Assembly: GCA_046732415.1 (NCBI GenBank)
Contig: JBKPMZ010000058.1
Coordinates: forward strand, 1 to 44,094
Reading direction: 5' to 3'
DNA: 44,094 bases
Source: Vulcanimicrobiota bacterium
GTDB lineage: Bacteria > Vulcanimicrobiota > Vulcanimicrobiia > Vulcanimicrobiales > Vulcanimicrobiaceae
In this document: in pieces, positions 1-9,649 of the stretch
Layout: each line of letters starts with the position of its first letter
Numbering within the stretch: the first letter of the stretch is position 1
Program-made: the position numbers and the translations under genes
The notes under the pieces: generated by a model
Database searches by the model: none
What the model was told of the DNA's origin: nothing
The model's input: only the letters and a program-made list of their open reading frames with translations

Positions 1-498
1 GGCCAAGACTACTACGACTACGTGCGCGATCATATTTACACGCCGGCCGGCATGGCGTCGACTGCGTCGGATCCGGAAGACGTCAATGTTTCCAATCGCA
101 GTATCGGCTACATGATGGGACCGGACGGCAAATGGCAGCCGAACACCGATACGTTACCGTATCGCGGTACCTCGGCCGGCGGCGGTTATTCAACGGTGGG
201 CGATTTTCTGCAGTTCGCAAATGCGTTGCTTGCACACAAACTGCTGAATGCAACATATACGCAGATGATGACGAGCGCGCAAACGAAAACGCCCGGAGGC
301 GGAACGTACGGATTCGGCTTTGGTCAGCAAACGATAAACGGAACGCACTGTTTCGGGCACAGCGGCGGTGCGCCCGGCATGAACGGCGATTTGGAAATCT
401 GCGCCGATGCCGGGTACGTGGTGGTCGTGCTCTCGAATTTGGATCCGCCTGCGGCAAGTCGAGTGTCCGACTTCATAACGAACCGGCTGCCGCAATAA
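1..498 (+). CDS. beta-lactamase-fold serine hydrolase, C-terminal part (5' end lies outside the window)
   Basis: Frame 1 is open from base 1. The translation (..GFGFGQQTINGTHCFGHSGGAPGMNGDLEI..VVVLSNLD..) looks like the C-terminal region of class C beta-lactamase/PBP-like hydrolases. Confidence 0.7.
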   Translation, partial: GQDYYDYVRDHIYTPAGMASTASDPEDVNVSNRSIGYMMGPDGKWQPNTDTLPYRGTSAGGGYSTVGDFLQFANALLAHKLLNATYTQMMTSAQTKTPGGGTYGFGFGQQTINGTHCFGHSGGAPGMNGDLEICADAGYVVVVLSNLDPPAASRVSDFITNRLPQ

Positions 499-511
499 AG
501 CACGCGAAGGC

Positions 512-542
512 GGGAAGAGGCCTGCAGCGCAGACCTCTTCCC
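512..542. terminator. inverted repeat between convergent gene ends (possible bidirectional terminator)
   Basis: GGGAAGAGG-N13-CCTCTTCCC lies between the stop at 498 (+) and the stop at 553 (-). There is no clear U-tract. Confidence 0.4.
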
Positions 543-552
543 GAGCGCGCCG

Positions 553-1080
553 CTACAGCGGCATTCTAAACGGAATCGACTCCGTTTTCGCACCGCCCAC
601 GGTTTGCAGTTGCAATTGCCCGTTTGCGGCGCTTTGAATGCGAACCGCACGATCCGCGACCACGTACGTGTGCGCGGTTGCGGTGTGGAGGTCCGCCGAG
701 CGGCGCACGACGAGCAGGATGCCCTCACCCGTATCGTTGCGCGATCCCGCGTATACGGTGACGAATTGCCCGTTCGCCGTCGTGTTGTACTGATTGACGA
801 TGTCGAACATGCCGCCCGGAACCGGCGCCTGTCCTTGTTCCTGAATACCGCTTGGCCACGATTGCACCGCGCCACCGCCGGCCAAATATCCGGGGTGTTT
901 CGGAGCGACGAATGAACTCACATCGCGCTGTGCTTCCTTGGCCAGCTTCTGATGCAGCGCATCGGTGGTGTTCGCGCCGCCGTTATTGTTGGATACGGGC
1001 AGCGCGTTGTTCGCGCCGTGCGAACACGCGGTGAGCGATGCGGCGAGCGCAATAATGCAGAGACTAAAGATCTTTTTCAT
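553..1080 (-). CDS. hypothetical lipoprotein
   Basis: N-terminus MKKIFSLCIIALAASLTAC has a signal peptide plus lipobox Cys. It lies 12 nt downstream of the preceding minus-strand gene. Confidence 0.6.
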   Translation of the reverse strand: MKKIFSLCIIALAASLTACSHGANNALPVSNNNGGANTTDALHQKLAKEAQRDVSSFVAPKHPGYLAGGGAVQSWPSGIQEQGQAPVPGGMFDIVNQYNTTANGQFVTVYAGSRNDTGEGILLVVRRSADLHTATAHTYVVADRAVRIQSAANGQLQLQTVGGAKTESIPFRMPL

Positions 1081-1092
1081 GTTGCGCTCCTC

Positions 1093-1998
1093 CTAATTCG
1101 CCCAGGTGATGTCGGTGGAATACGACATCGTGTACGACGTACGGGAATCGCCGTTGATGAGGTTTTGCAGCGTGTTGAATCCGGTAGCGGGCGAGTACGT
1201 TCCGCTGCCGCAACCGCACGCCGCATACTGCGTCATCGTTCCGAGAAAACCGAGCCGTCCGTTCGACTCGCTCGTGGACGAATAGACGCTTTCGGTATAC
1301 CACTGCTGCGCCATGGAATTTTGGTAGATCTCCGGCACCGGGTACCCGTCGGAATTTCCCCACGAGATATACCAGAGGCCATGCTGCCCCCAACCGTCGC
1401 AATTACCGCTGTAACCGCTGTACGGGCACGCATCGGCGGAGCCGTAATCGTAGAGCGGCGTCGAGGTCGTTGCGTTGTAACCGTCCACCCATGCGGACGT
1501 GCGCGAAAACTCGGTGTCCCAGCCCGGCTCCGCGTCGATTGCGCCGCGCGCATATTCTTGCGAGCCGTACCCTTTGCTGGAAATGTAACTGTTCAGGCTG
1601 TTCACCGCGTTGCCCCAAGCCTGCCCGGCCGAGTTGCCGGTGTGACTTCCATAATTGCTGGTGCCGATTGCCAAACGCAGTTGCGGCGACGAGCCCGAGC
1701 AATTCCAAAAGCCGTCCAGGAAGCCTTCGGCGGCGTTGACGATGGAAGAATCGGACGCAAACGCGTTGCCGTAGTCCCAGGTACCTTCACCACCCGAATT
1801 GTACGGCTCGCCGAAATCCAAGATGACGATGCCGCTCAGTCCGGCGCTGCCCATGCTGCAGCCTTCGTTGTAGAGTGTCGTGCGATTTGTGGTTGCCATG
1901 TAGCGAGATGTGGTGGCGGCCGGCGCTGCCTGCGCGCACATGTGCGCAGCGGCAACAAGTGCACCGGTCGCAGCCATAGCCAGGAACACCCGTTTCAT
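1093..1998 (-). CDS. hypothetical secreted protein (Gly/Ser/Tyr/Trp-rich)
   Basis: Start re-picked at ATG 1998, which is preceded by GGAGG. Signal peptide MKRVFLAMAATGALVAAAHMCAQA. I recognise no family. Confidence 0.6.
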   Translation of the reverse strand: MKRVFLAMAATGALVAAAHMCAQAAPAATTSRYMATTNRTTLYNEGCSMGSAGLSGIVILDFGEPYNSGGEGTWDYGNAFASDSSIVNAAEGFLDGFWNCSGSSPQLRLAIGTSNYGSHTGNSAGQAWGNAVNSLNSYISSKGYGSQEYARGAIDAEPGWDTEFSRTSAWVDGYNATTSTPLYDYGSADACPYSGYSGNCDGWGQHGLWYISWGNSDGYPVPEIYQNSMAQQWYTESVYSSTSESNGRLGFLGTMTQYAACGCGSGTYSPATGFNTLQNLINGDSRTSYTMSYSTDITWAN

Positions 1999-2215
1999 TC
2001 GTGCCTCCTTCGGCGAATGGTGCTGCAAGAAAAAGAAAGCCAACCTCGCCCTCCGGCGATGGTCGGCACCGTTATGATAGCGGGTTTGCGTTCTCGCAGA
2101 TAAGTGAAATTTTCAGCTACGGCATGCGCTCAATTGCTTGCGATTGAGCCGTTGGTATGAAGGGCTGCGCGTCGCGAAACGAAAGACGCCCCAACATCGC
2201 GCAGCGGAGGAGTGT

Positions 2216-2695
2216 ATGAAACGACTGCTCATTGGCGTTCTCACCGCCGTTCTCGTCCTTACCGCGTGTTCATCGAGCAAGAAAGTCTACAGCGCGAACG
2301 GCGCCACCGTAACGACCGACTCGAAAGACAACAGCGTCACCGTGCGGAGCAGCGAAGGCACGATGAAAATGGGCAAGGACGTCGTAGACGTCGCCTCGCT
2401 CGGCGTGCCGATCTATGCGGGAGCGAAGCAAGACGAAGGCGCGCTTTCGGTGAGCGGCGAGAAGGGCACGGCGCAAATGACCGCATTCACCACGCCGGAC
2501 TCGTTCGACAAAGTGTACGCGTTTTATCACAGCAAGATGCCCGCGGGATCGGAAAAGATGAAGGTCAACTCCGGCGACAGCTCCGTCGCGGAATTCATCA
2601 CCGGCGACGACAAGGCGGGCGCGATGCAGACGATGGTGATGATCAGCAAGAAAGGCGACAGCACCTCGATCGTCATTACCAAAGGGACTAAGTAG
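2216..2695 (+). CDS. hypothetical lipoprotein
   Basis: ATG 2216 follows GGAGG. N-terminus MKRLLIGVLTAVLVLTAC carries a lipobox. Confidence 0.6.
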   Translation: MKRLLIGVLTAVLVLTACSSSKKVYSANGATVTTDSKDNSVTVRSSEGTMKMGKDVVDVASLGVPIYAGAKQDEGALSVSGEKGTAQMTAFTTPDSFDKVYAFYHSKMPAGSEKMKVNSGDSSVAEFITGDDKAGAMQTMVMISKKGDSTSIVITKGTK

Positions 2696-2798
2696 CGGCT
2701 AACCGGCAGCTTGCAACTGGCTTCGTTTGAGTTACGCCGCGGTTCGCGGCGGGCAAGAACGTAGCCGACTACTCCTTTTTTCGTGAGGCAAGCAATCG

Positions 2799-3323
2799 AT
2801 GAAGCATTCGAAGATCGTCGCGGCCGCGGGTGCGGCCGGACTGGCACTGCTGCTTGCGGCCTGCGGCGGCGGAGGCGGCAACAACAATCAAAACGCAGGC
2901 AACAACGCGGGTTCGAACGGCGGGAATAAAGGCTCGCAACAGGTCAAGCAGATGAACCCCATGCACGTCGCCCACAACGAAATTGCGGGCCACAGTCTGC
3001 AGATCAACATGGGGCAGCAAAACAATTCGGGCGAAGCCGGCAACGCCAGCGTCACCGACGTCAAAGGCGGCGTGAACGTCGCAATCCACATCAAGTCCGA
3101 GCCCAAGGGCCTTTCGCAGCCGGCACACATTCACCAAGGCACGTGCACAAAACTCGATCCGGCGCCGTGGAAGCCGCTCAATCCCGTGGTCAACGGGGAG
3201 TCGTTCACGCATCTTGCCGGCGTAAGCGTCGCGCAAATCAAGAAAGGCAAATACGCCATCAACGTACACAAGAGCGCGAACGATCTCAAGACGTACGTTT
3301 CGTGCGGCGATCTGGTGCTGTAG
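2799..3323 (+). CDS. lipoprotein with a CHRD-like domain
   Basis: Lipobox LLLAACGGGG followed by a Gly/Asn linker. Motifs PAHIHQGTC and KYAINVHKSANDLKTYVSCGDL resemble the CHRD signatures (AHIHxG and YVNVHT..G.iRGQL), recalled from memory. Confidence 0.5.
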   Translation: MKHSKIVAAAGAAGLALLLAACGGGGGNNNQNAGNNAGSNGGNKGSQQVKQMNPMHVAHNEIAGHSLQINMGQQNNSGEAGNASVTDVKGGVNVAIHIKSEPKGLSQPAHIHQGTCTKLDPAPWKPLNPVVNGESFTHLAGVSVAQIKKGKYAINVHKSANDLKTYVSCGDLVL

Positions 3324-3510
3324 TCTTCATACTGGCCGCCGCAGCGCTCGACGCATGCGGCGGCCAACCGGTGCGCCAGGTAAACGTGTTCGCGCCCGGC
3401 GCTTCCCGCCAGTGGGGCAGCGCAAGCGTCGGCCGCATCGTGCCGTTTCCTGCGGAAACTTTCAAATCCAAGCGCGGCAGCGTTATAATGGGCCTAGGAG
3501 GCGAACGCTC

Positions 3511-3933
3511 ATGGCCCACAGACATGCAGCAGCGGCGCTCTCCGTCCTGACGTTCGTGTTCGCCGGCCTGTTAACGGCGCCGGTACACGCGGCGGGCGGC
3601 ACCAGCAATCTCTTGGCCGCTGTCAAAAACGTCTCGAGCGAATCGGACAAGTTCCGCTCGATGATGAGCAACATCAACGCGAATCAAATTCATATGGTCA
3701 GCGCGCAAAGCGTCATGTCGGCGAGCGAGGCATCGGCATATAAAACGGCGCTGCGCAAGAACGCATCAGATATTTCCGACCTGCGCGACACGCTGAATCA
3801 TACGACAGTCACCGGTACGGACGGCGTGCTCGTAACGCTGCCCAGGCTGCTCAAACGGCAGAACATTACGATCGACCAAATCGTCGGCGTCTATGTCGGC
3901 GGCGACGGTCAGATCACGCTGTTCTACCAGTAG
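3511..3933 (+). CDS. hypothetical secreted protein
   Basis: ATG 3511 lies 7 nt after AGGAGG. Signal peptide MAHRHAAAALSVLTFVFAGLLTAPVHAA. Confidence 0.55.
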   Translation: MAHRHAAAALSVLTFVFAGLLTAPVHAAGGTSNLLAAVKNVSSESDKFRSMMSNINANQIHMVSAQSVMSASEASAYKTALRKNASDISDLRDTLNHTTVTGTDGVLVTLPRLLKRQNITIDQIVGVYVGGDGQITLFYQ

Positions 3934-3937
3934 CGCG

Positions 3938-4417
3938 TTACCAGTACGACCACTGCCCGCGCAGGTCGCGTTCGGCACCGTCGCGCGTTTGTGAAATGAG
4001 CGTCGACGTGAGCGTGCTCACATGCGCGGGCGGCTGCAGCGAACGCATGATGCGATAACCTTCCGCCAACAGGCGGTTGGCGCGATGCTGCTGCGATGCT
4101 TGGTGCGCCAGTTCCGCCGCGACGACCAGCGCGTTCGCGCCACGCCAGCGATCGCCGAATCCCTGCGATTTGGATCGTTCCTGCGACGCGCACGCGAGCG
4201 AGATGCGTGCCGCGCGTTCCGCAGCGCGTGACGCGGCAGCGTACTGGTGCGACGTTATCGCGTTGACGTTCTGCGCGATGATGTGTACCGCGCGGTCGCC
4301 GCACGGCGTCTGCACCGCTGCAGTGCGGTGCTGCACGGCTGTTGCCGCGCACCCGGGCAATACTGCGGCAGCAGCAATAACTGCAGCAATGCGCAGTGCC
4401 CGGCTTTGCGTATTCAC
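3938..4417 (-). CDS. hypothetical lipoprotein
   Basis: N-terminus MNTQSRALRIAAVIAAAAVLPGC carries a lipobox. Ala-rich, no family recognised. Confidence 0.5.
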   Translation of the reverse strand: MNTQSRALRIAAVIAAAAVLPGCAATAVQHRTAAVQTPCGDRAVHIIAQNVNAITSHQYAAASRAAERAARISLACASQERSKSQGFGDRWRGANALVVAAELAHQASQQHRANRLLAEGYRIMRSLQPPAHVSTLTSTLISQTRDGAERDLRGQWSYW

Positions 4418-4451
4418 TCGCTTAGCCTCCCCTCCGGCTCCGGCGCCGGTT

Positions 4452-5798
4452 TTAAGGATTCCCGGACGCTTGCTCGGGTAAACCCTGAGCGGGCCGTGCG
4501 AGGAACAGATAATAAATTGGCACAGCGCTGAGCAGCGCGCCGAGCGACCAGGCTGCGCCCTGGGGCGATGAAATGTACGTCGTGAGCACGACAGCGACGG
4601 TTATCACGAAGAACAGCGCGGTCGTTACCGGATGCAGCGGTACGCGATACCCCGCCTCCGCTTTTCCGGCGCGCCGGTCGCGCGCGCGAAACACGAAAAG
4701 CGCGATTGCGGAAAGCGCGAAGAACACGTAATCGATGCCGATGACGTAATTCAAAATCTGCCCGTAGCCTTTGAGCAGCGTAATTGCGATGGCGAACGCG
4801 CCTTGCAAGGCAATGGCGACCACCGGCACGCGCGTTTTCGGGTGCAGCCATGCGATCTGCCGGAAGAACAAGCCGTCTTCCGCCATCGCATGATACACGC
4901 GTGGTGATGTAAGGATCTGATTGCTCAAAAATCCAAGCGTCGACAGCGCGATGAGCGCAGCGATGATCTGCGCGCCGCGCGCGCCCATGAATGCACGCAG
5001 TACCTCGGATGCCGGTGCGTCCGTATGCATCAGGCCCGCCGGCCCGAGCACGCGCAAGCAGACGATGTTGACCAGCACGTACAAGGCGATGACGCCGCCG
5101 ACACCCCACAGCATGCCCAGCGGCAGCGTGCGCGTGGGGTTTTTCAGCTCTCCGGTCATGAAACTCGACGTTTGCCAGCCGCTGTACGCAAAAAGCACGG
5201 CGATCATGGAAACCGCCATCGCGCCGAACAAACTCAGCGACGCACCGATGGTTGGAGCTGCGGCCGTGGCGCTCGCGCTCGGATGCGCGAACAATCCCAC
5301 GCCGATCAGCGCGGCAATTGCGGCAATCTTCAATACCATGAACGCGTTTTGCACGTTGCTGCCCTGGCGCACGCCCAAACAATTGACGATGGTAAAAATC
5401 GCCAGCACGACGAAGGCGAGCAGCGTCGGATTGACGCTGATACCGGTGAGCGGTGCGAAATAGCCGGCGAACGTGAGTGCGGCGGCGGCCATACCGCCGC
5501 TCTGCGAAGCGAGCAGCAGCGTCCATCCGTACATGAAGGCGACGACCGGATGAAACGCCTCGCGCATGTACGCGTACAAACCGCCGTCGCTGGGCCGCCG
5601 TGCGGCAAGTTCGGCAAACACGAACGCGCCGAGCAGTGCTACGACGCCGCCCCCGACCCATACCGCCATGATCGCCCAGCCCGCATGCACGCTTTGCGCC
5701 ACCACGGACGGATTACGAAAAATGCCCGTGCCGATGATGCCGCCCATGACGATGAGGCCGGCATCAAAAGCACCCAACCGCCGGGCAAGCTTTGCCAT
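4452..5798 (-). CDS. amino acid permease (APC superfamily)
   Basis: Start re-picked at MAKLARRLGAFDAGLIVMGGIIGTGIFRNPS, the typical APC N-terminal motif. The protein is polytopic and hydrophobic throughout. Confidence 0.8.
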   Translation of the reverse strand: MAKLARRLGAFDAGLIVMGGIIGTGIFRNPSVVAQSVHAGWAIMAVWVGGGVVALLGAFVFAELAARRPSDGGLYAYMREAFHPVVAFMYGWTLLLASQSGGMAAAALTFAGYFAPLTGISVNPTLLAFVVLAIFTIVNCLGVRQGSNVQNAFMVLKIAAIAALIGVGLFAHPSASATAAAPTIGASLSLFGAMAVSMIAVLFAYSGWQTSSFMTGELKNPTRTLPLGMLWGVGGVIALYVLVNIVCLRVLGPAGLMHTDAPASEVLRAFMGARGAQIIAALIALSTLGFLSNQILTSPRVYHAMAEDGLFFRQIAWLHPKTRVPVVAIALQGAFAIAITLLKGYGQILNYVIGIDYVFFALSAIALFVFRARDRRAGKAEAGYRVPLHPVTTALFFVITVAVVLTTYISSPQGAAWSLGALLSAVPIYYLFLARPAQGLPEQASGNP

Positions 5799-5897
5799 GC
5801 AGAAGACTGGTTCGCACGAGGCTGGGATTCCTGTATTGAGCGGATACTCCGCGAACGGGGTACGACCGAATTGACTATTCAGCAAAGGAGAACCGCA

Positions 5898-6251
5898 ATG
5901 CGCATACTTCGAAGCCTGCCGGTCCTCGTACTCATCGCCGCTATCCTCGCGCCGCAACTGGCGATGGCCGGTAAAACGAACAACTTCTACGGCGAAGTCG
6001 TGCACGTCTCGATGAACAACGTCAAGGTGTACGATCCGCACTCCAAGCAGACGCTGAGTTTTATCGTCACGCCGGAGTTCGATCAGATATTTTCAATGAA
6101 CGGCAAGGAAACGTTTCAGATGAAAGATCTCAAGCACGGCCAGTACGTGCGCGTCGTGTACGATCAGAAGGCGCTGGGCATCCGGCACGCCGACAAGATC
6201 TTCATTCTGAACAGCGCGAACGACCTCAAGCCGAACCAGATACCGCACTGA
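5898..6251 (+). CDS. small hypothetical secreted protein
   Basis: ATG 5898 follows AAAGGAG. Signal peptide MRILRSLPVLVLIAAILAPQLAMA. The long upstream part of ORF 5025..6251 is antisense to the permease. Confidence 0.55.
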   Translation: MRILRSLPVLVLIAAILAPQLAMAGKTNNFYGEVVHVSMNNVKVYDPHSKQTLSFIVTPEFDQIFSMNGKETFQMKDLKHGQYVRVVYDQKALGIRHADKIFILNSANDLKPNQIPH

Positions 6252-7188
6252 GCGCGTACTCGGCCAGCTGTCTGCGCATCCGGTAGAGATGATCGACGAC
6301 CAGATCGACGAGCGGTGTCGCGGGTAGTTCGCGCACCGCTCCCGGATATGCGGCGGTAAAAAACAGGTGCCCGAACGGTAAACCCAGCGAGGCGAGTTCC
6401 TGGTGGTAGCCGTCGATTTCACGCGCGCGCCGGAACGCGTACTCGCGATCGAAAGAGTCGCAGGCCTCTTCGCCCAGTAATCGCGCACGCGCCGCTGCGG
6501 CGGCGTTCGCGTTGGAGCCGGCATGAAGCCGTGCACGCATTACCTCGTCAAAGCGGGTGAACGCCTGCGATAGCGCGCTCCACGCCGCGCGAACGGATTC
6601 GGCGTGGTCGCGGCCCTCGTGGAAAAACGCGTGCGCAAGCGCCGTGATTTCGCCGGCATAGCTGCCGTTTTCGGCTTCGGGTATCACGGATGCGGCGGTG
6701 GCGATGACGCCGCCGAATGCCAGCGCCGCAGCAATCGTGGTTCGTCCCGGCAACGTTTGCGAATCGCGGACGCGGTCGGTAAAAGCCGCGTATTCGCAGT
6801 ACGCTTCGAGCGTGCGGCACCAGCGTTCGTCCGGCTCGCCCGCGCACACGTATGGTTGCAGAACGTCGCGCCCCGCGGCCAGGTGAAGATCGTTGTGCCG
6901 CGTGTAGCCCATGACACGCAGCGACCAGACCGGCAGAACGAAAGGCTCGTGCAAAAAGAGGCGGTGATAGCGCTGCGGCAAGCGCGCCAGAACGGAAAAG
7001 AAGCAGCGGTTATCCACGCCGGTGCGATCGGTGACGACCAGCAGCCGGATCGGCGAAAGTCCGGCATATCCTACGCTGCCGACGCGGTGAACGGCCACCG
7101 CCCGGTGTTTGACCATGCGCGTGTAGTGCGAGACGGCTTCGTCGTAAAGCTCCTCGCCGGCCGGCTGCGGGATGTCGATGACGTTCAT
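6226..7188 (-). CDS. hypothetical protein
   Basis: 320-aa ORF with ordinary composition and no motif I can name. Its 3' end overlaps the convergent 5898..6251 gene by 26 nt. Confidence 0.5.
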   Translation of the reverse strand: MNVIDIPQPAGEELYDEAVSHYTRMVKHRAVAVHRVGSVGYAGLSPIRLLVVTDRTGVDNRCFFSVLARLPQRYHRLFLHEPFVLPVWSLRVMGYTRHNDLHLAAGRDVLQPYVCAGEPDERWCRTLEAYCEYAAFTDRVRDSQTLPGRTTIAAALAFGGVIATAASVIPEAENGSYAGEITALAHAFFHEGRDHAESVRAAWSALSQAFTRFDEVMRARLHAGSNANAAAAARARLLGEEACDSFDREYAFRRAREIDGYHQELASLGLPFGHLFFTAAYPGAVRELPATPLVDLVVDHLYRMRRQLAEYALSAVSGSA

Positions 7189-7245
7189 GCCGCCACACTA
7201 GCAAAGCGCGCGACCGAACGCGCGAGGCTTTCAACCGGCTGCGCT

Positions 7246-8034
7246 TTAGGCCGTTCGTCCTTGAATCGTGGTACTGCAGCCGAAGACGCTTCGCGCGAAC
7301 TCGCGCACGATACTCGAAAACTGCTCGGGGTCGCGAAGCGGCGCGACGTGATCCGAACCCGGCATCACCACCAGGCGGGCGCCTGCAGCATCGGCATATG
7401 CGTGTTCGTCACGGCGAAAGAGTACGTCCCATCTCCCGTTCACGAGCGTCACCGGTTTTCCGTACCGCCGCAGCCGCTCGCTGTAGCGGACACCGCCCGC
7501 GATGTGCAAACTCTGCTCGAAGACGTCGTGATTGAAGCGGAACGGAATGATGACGTCGGCAACGCGCGGCGGAAGCGTGACGCGAAAAAATACCGCGAGC
7601 ATGTTCTGGATCAGCTGCGGCGGAATGTGTCCCGTCACACGAACCGCTGCATCGTACAGGATGCGGCGATAGCCGATGATATCGGTGCTCGACCCCGTGA
7701 GCAGCAGGCCGCTGGTGTGATCGGGCAGATCGCATGCGTACCGCATCGCCACGTATCCGCCGAGTGAGTAGCCCACGATAAGCGGCGGCCGCGATACGAC
7801 GTTGTCCGCAATATAGGCCAGAAACGCATCGAGCGTCGGCGCGTCGAACGGCAAGTCCGCGAGCGCGCCGTGGCCCGGCAAATCGGGGGTGACGATGAAA
7901 AAGTCGCGGCTCAGATCCCGTGCGTGGCGCTCCCAAATGCGCCCGCCCAAGCGAATGCCGTGAAGAAAAACGATCGGCGGATTGCCGGGGTCTCCGTGCG
8001 TCGTGATGCCGCGCGCAAATCCGCCTTCGTTCAT
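7246..8034 (-). CDS. alpha/beta hydrolase
   Basis: IVFLHGIRLGG..TPDLPGHG and nucleophile elbow GYSLGG. Confidence 0.8.
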   Translation of the reverse strand: MNEGGFARGITTHGDPGNPPIVFLHGIRLGGRIWERHARDLSRDFFIVTPDLPGHGALADLPFDAPTLDAFLAYIADNVVSRPPLIVGYSLGGYVAMRYACDLPDHTSGLLLTGSSTDIIGYRRILYDAAVRVTGHIPPQLIQNMLAVFFRVTLPPRVADVIIPFRFNHDVFEQSLHIAGGVRYSERLRRYGKPVTLVNGRWDVLFRRDEHAYADAAGARLVVMPGSDHVAPLRDPEQFSSIVREFARSVFGCSTTIQGRTA

Positions 8035-8036
8035 GC

Positions 8037-9092
8037 TTACGATACCGTGAGCAGCACTTTGATCGCGCGGCGCTCGTCCATTGCCGCATAGCCGTCCGCC
8101 ACGCGGCTGAGCGGCAGCGCGAGATCGAAAACCGGTGCCGGATCGATCCGCCCTGCTTCAAGGCTCGCGAGCAGTTGCGGCAGATACGCGCGCGCCGGCG
8201 CAAGCGCACCGCGCAGCGAGAGATTGTTCAAGAAGATCTCGCGCATCGGCAGACTCTTGACGTTGTGAGGAACGCCGACGAAACTGACGGTGCCGCCGGC
8301 GCGCGCGACGTTGATCGCCAAATCCATGCTCGCCTGATTGCCGACCGCTTCCACGACGTGCGGCGCGCCGCCGGAAGTCAGATCGCGAATCTGCTCTTGG
8401 ATCTGCTCGTCGTGCGAATTGAACGTGTGGGTCGCGCCGAAACGCTTGGCGATTTCCAGGCGCTGTTCGTTATGCCCGACCGCGATGATGCGTTCGGCGC
8501 GGATCTCTTTTGCTGCCGAAAGTACGCCGCACAACCCGACGGCGCCGTCGCCGACGATGACGATCGTCGATCCCGGTGCGGTTTGAGCGCTCACGACGCC
8601 GTGATGGCCGGTGGCCATCACGTCGCACAATGTCACGCTCGCGTCGTGCTTGGCGCGATCGAACGCAATTGCTTCAGGCATCTTCACGAGCGTGCCGTCG
8701 GCATACGGAACCAGCACGAATTCGGCTTGTCCGCCGTTCTGCTCGTCTCCAAAATTCGTCATGTGCACGCATGACGTTTGTAAACCCGCGCGGCAGAACT
8801 CGCACGTGCCGTCGCTCGAAACGAACGGTGCGATGACCGCATCGCCGGGCCGCACGGTGCGTACACCGCTGCCGATTTCTTCGACGATGCCGACGAACTC
8901 GTGTCCGGTGCGATCGCCGGGCGTCCATTCCGTTACGCCGCGGTAGAACCAAAGATCGGAACCGCAAATTGCCGCGCGCGTTACGCGCACGATCGCCGCG
9001 TGTTCGGCGGTGATGCGCGGATCGGGAACGCTTTCGAGGCGCACGTCATGCGCGCCGTGATAGACTGTGGCTTTCATAGGCGTTTCAACCAT
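8037..9092 (-). CDS. zinc-dependent alcohol dehydrogenase family (MDR) oxidoreductase
   Basis: CGSDLWFYRG, GHEFVGIVEEIGSGV and the Rossmann motif VGDGAVGL. The start could instead be ATG 9077 (MKATVYHG). Confidence 0.85.
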   Translation of the reverse strand: MVETPMKATVYHGAHDVRLESVPDPRITAEHAAIVRVTRAAICGSDLWFYRGVTEWTPGDRTGHEFVGIVEEIGSGVRTVRPGDAVIAPFVSSDGTCEFCRAGLQTSCVHMTNFGDEQNGGQAEFVLVPYADGTLVKMPEAIAFDRAKHDASVTLCDVMATGHHGVVSAQTAPGSTIVIVGDGAVGLCGVLSAAKEIRAERIIAVGHNEQRLEIAKRFGATHTFNSHDEQIQEQIRDLTSGGAPHVVEAVGNQASMDLAINVARAGGTVSFVGVPHNVKSLPMREIFLNNLSLRGALAPARAYLPQLLASLEAGRIDPAPVFDLALPLSRVADGYAAMDERRAIKVLLTVS

Positions 9093-9112
9093 CTACCCCG
9101 AACGAGCGTTGC

Positions 9113-9568
9113 ATGCTGACGTTTGTGCTAGCCGCTTTGACCGTGCTCAACAATGGCGCATGCTTGGATTCCGCGAAGGCCGTACCGCAAGGCTTGTTCG
9201 GGACGATGCAGAGCAACGCCATCATCAAGATCGACAAGGTTGTTTCCACGGCCACGATGACCGACGGCGAGGTCATCGGATTTTTGTATACCCGTCAAGA
9301 CGGGACGACGTGGCTCGGTCAGCGCTCGCAGAAATACATGTCCGGGGCCGACAGCGCACAAATCAATCAGGTCCTCTCCTCCACGCACATGCCGAACTCC
9401 GACGTCTTTGCCTTCCCGCCGGTCCGGAAATATGGGGTAAAGACCAATTACACGGAGATCTTCCAGGTGCACATTCCCGTGACGGCGATGGACCCGCTGC
9501 ACATTCGCCTGGACACCTGTGTGGCGTGGCCTGACGGCTCGCCCTTGCCCAGCCCGATTACCGACTAG
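9113..9568 (+). CDS. hypothetical protein (possible secreted)
   Basis: 151-aa ORF with a hydrophobic N-terminus MLTFVLAALTVLNNGAC. No family recognised. Confidence 0.45.
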   Translation: MLTFVLAALTVLNNGACLDSAKAVPQGLFGTMQSNAIIKIDKVVSTATMTDGEVIGFLYTRQDGTTWLGQRSQKYMSGADSAQINQVLSSTHMPNSDVFAFPPVRKYGVKTNYTEIFQVHIPVTAMDPLHIRLDTCVAWPDGSPLPSPITD

Positions 9569-9601
9569 CCCTCGGGCGGGTCCCCCCAGCGGGGAGGCGA
9601 A

Positions 9602-9628
9602 TTAGCAGACTTCGCATCCGATTGCTAA
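9602..9628. promoter_or_regulatory. CIRCE-like inverted repeat (candidate HrcA operator)
   Basis: TTAGCAGAC-N9-GATTGCTAA compared with the CIRCE consensus TTAGCACTC-N9-GAGTGCTAA gives 15 of 18 arm positions and an exact 9-nt spacer. It ends 22 nt upstream of the hsp20 ATG. Confidence 0.6.
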
Positions 9629-9649
9629 CCGCGGGGGTTATACGGACCG

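Noticed and set aside
4414-6251. Long ORFs antisense or out of frame to the permease (4414..5661 minus strand, 5025..6251 plus-strand upstream part)
   Set aside because: They are Arg/Ala/His-rich, low-complexity translations typical of shadow frames in GC-rich DNA. The permease frame has clear family motifs.
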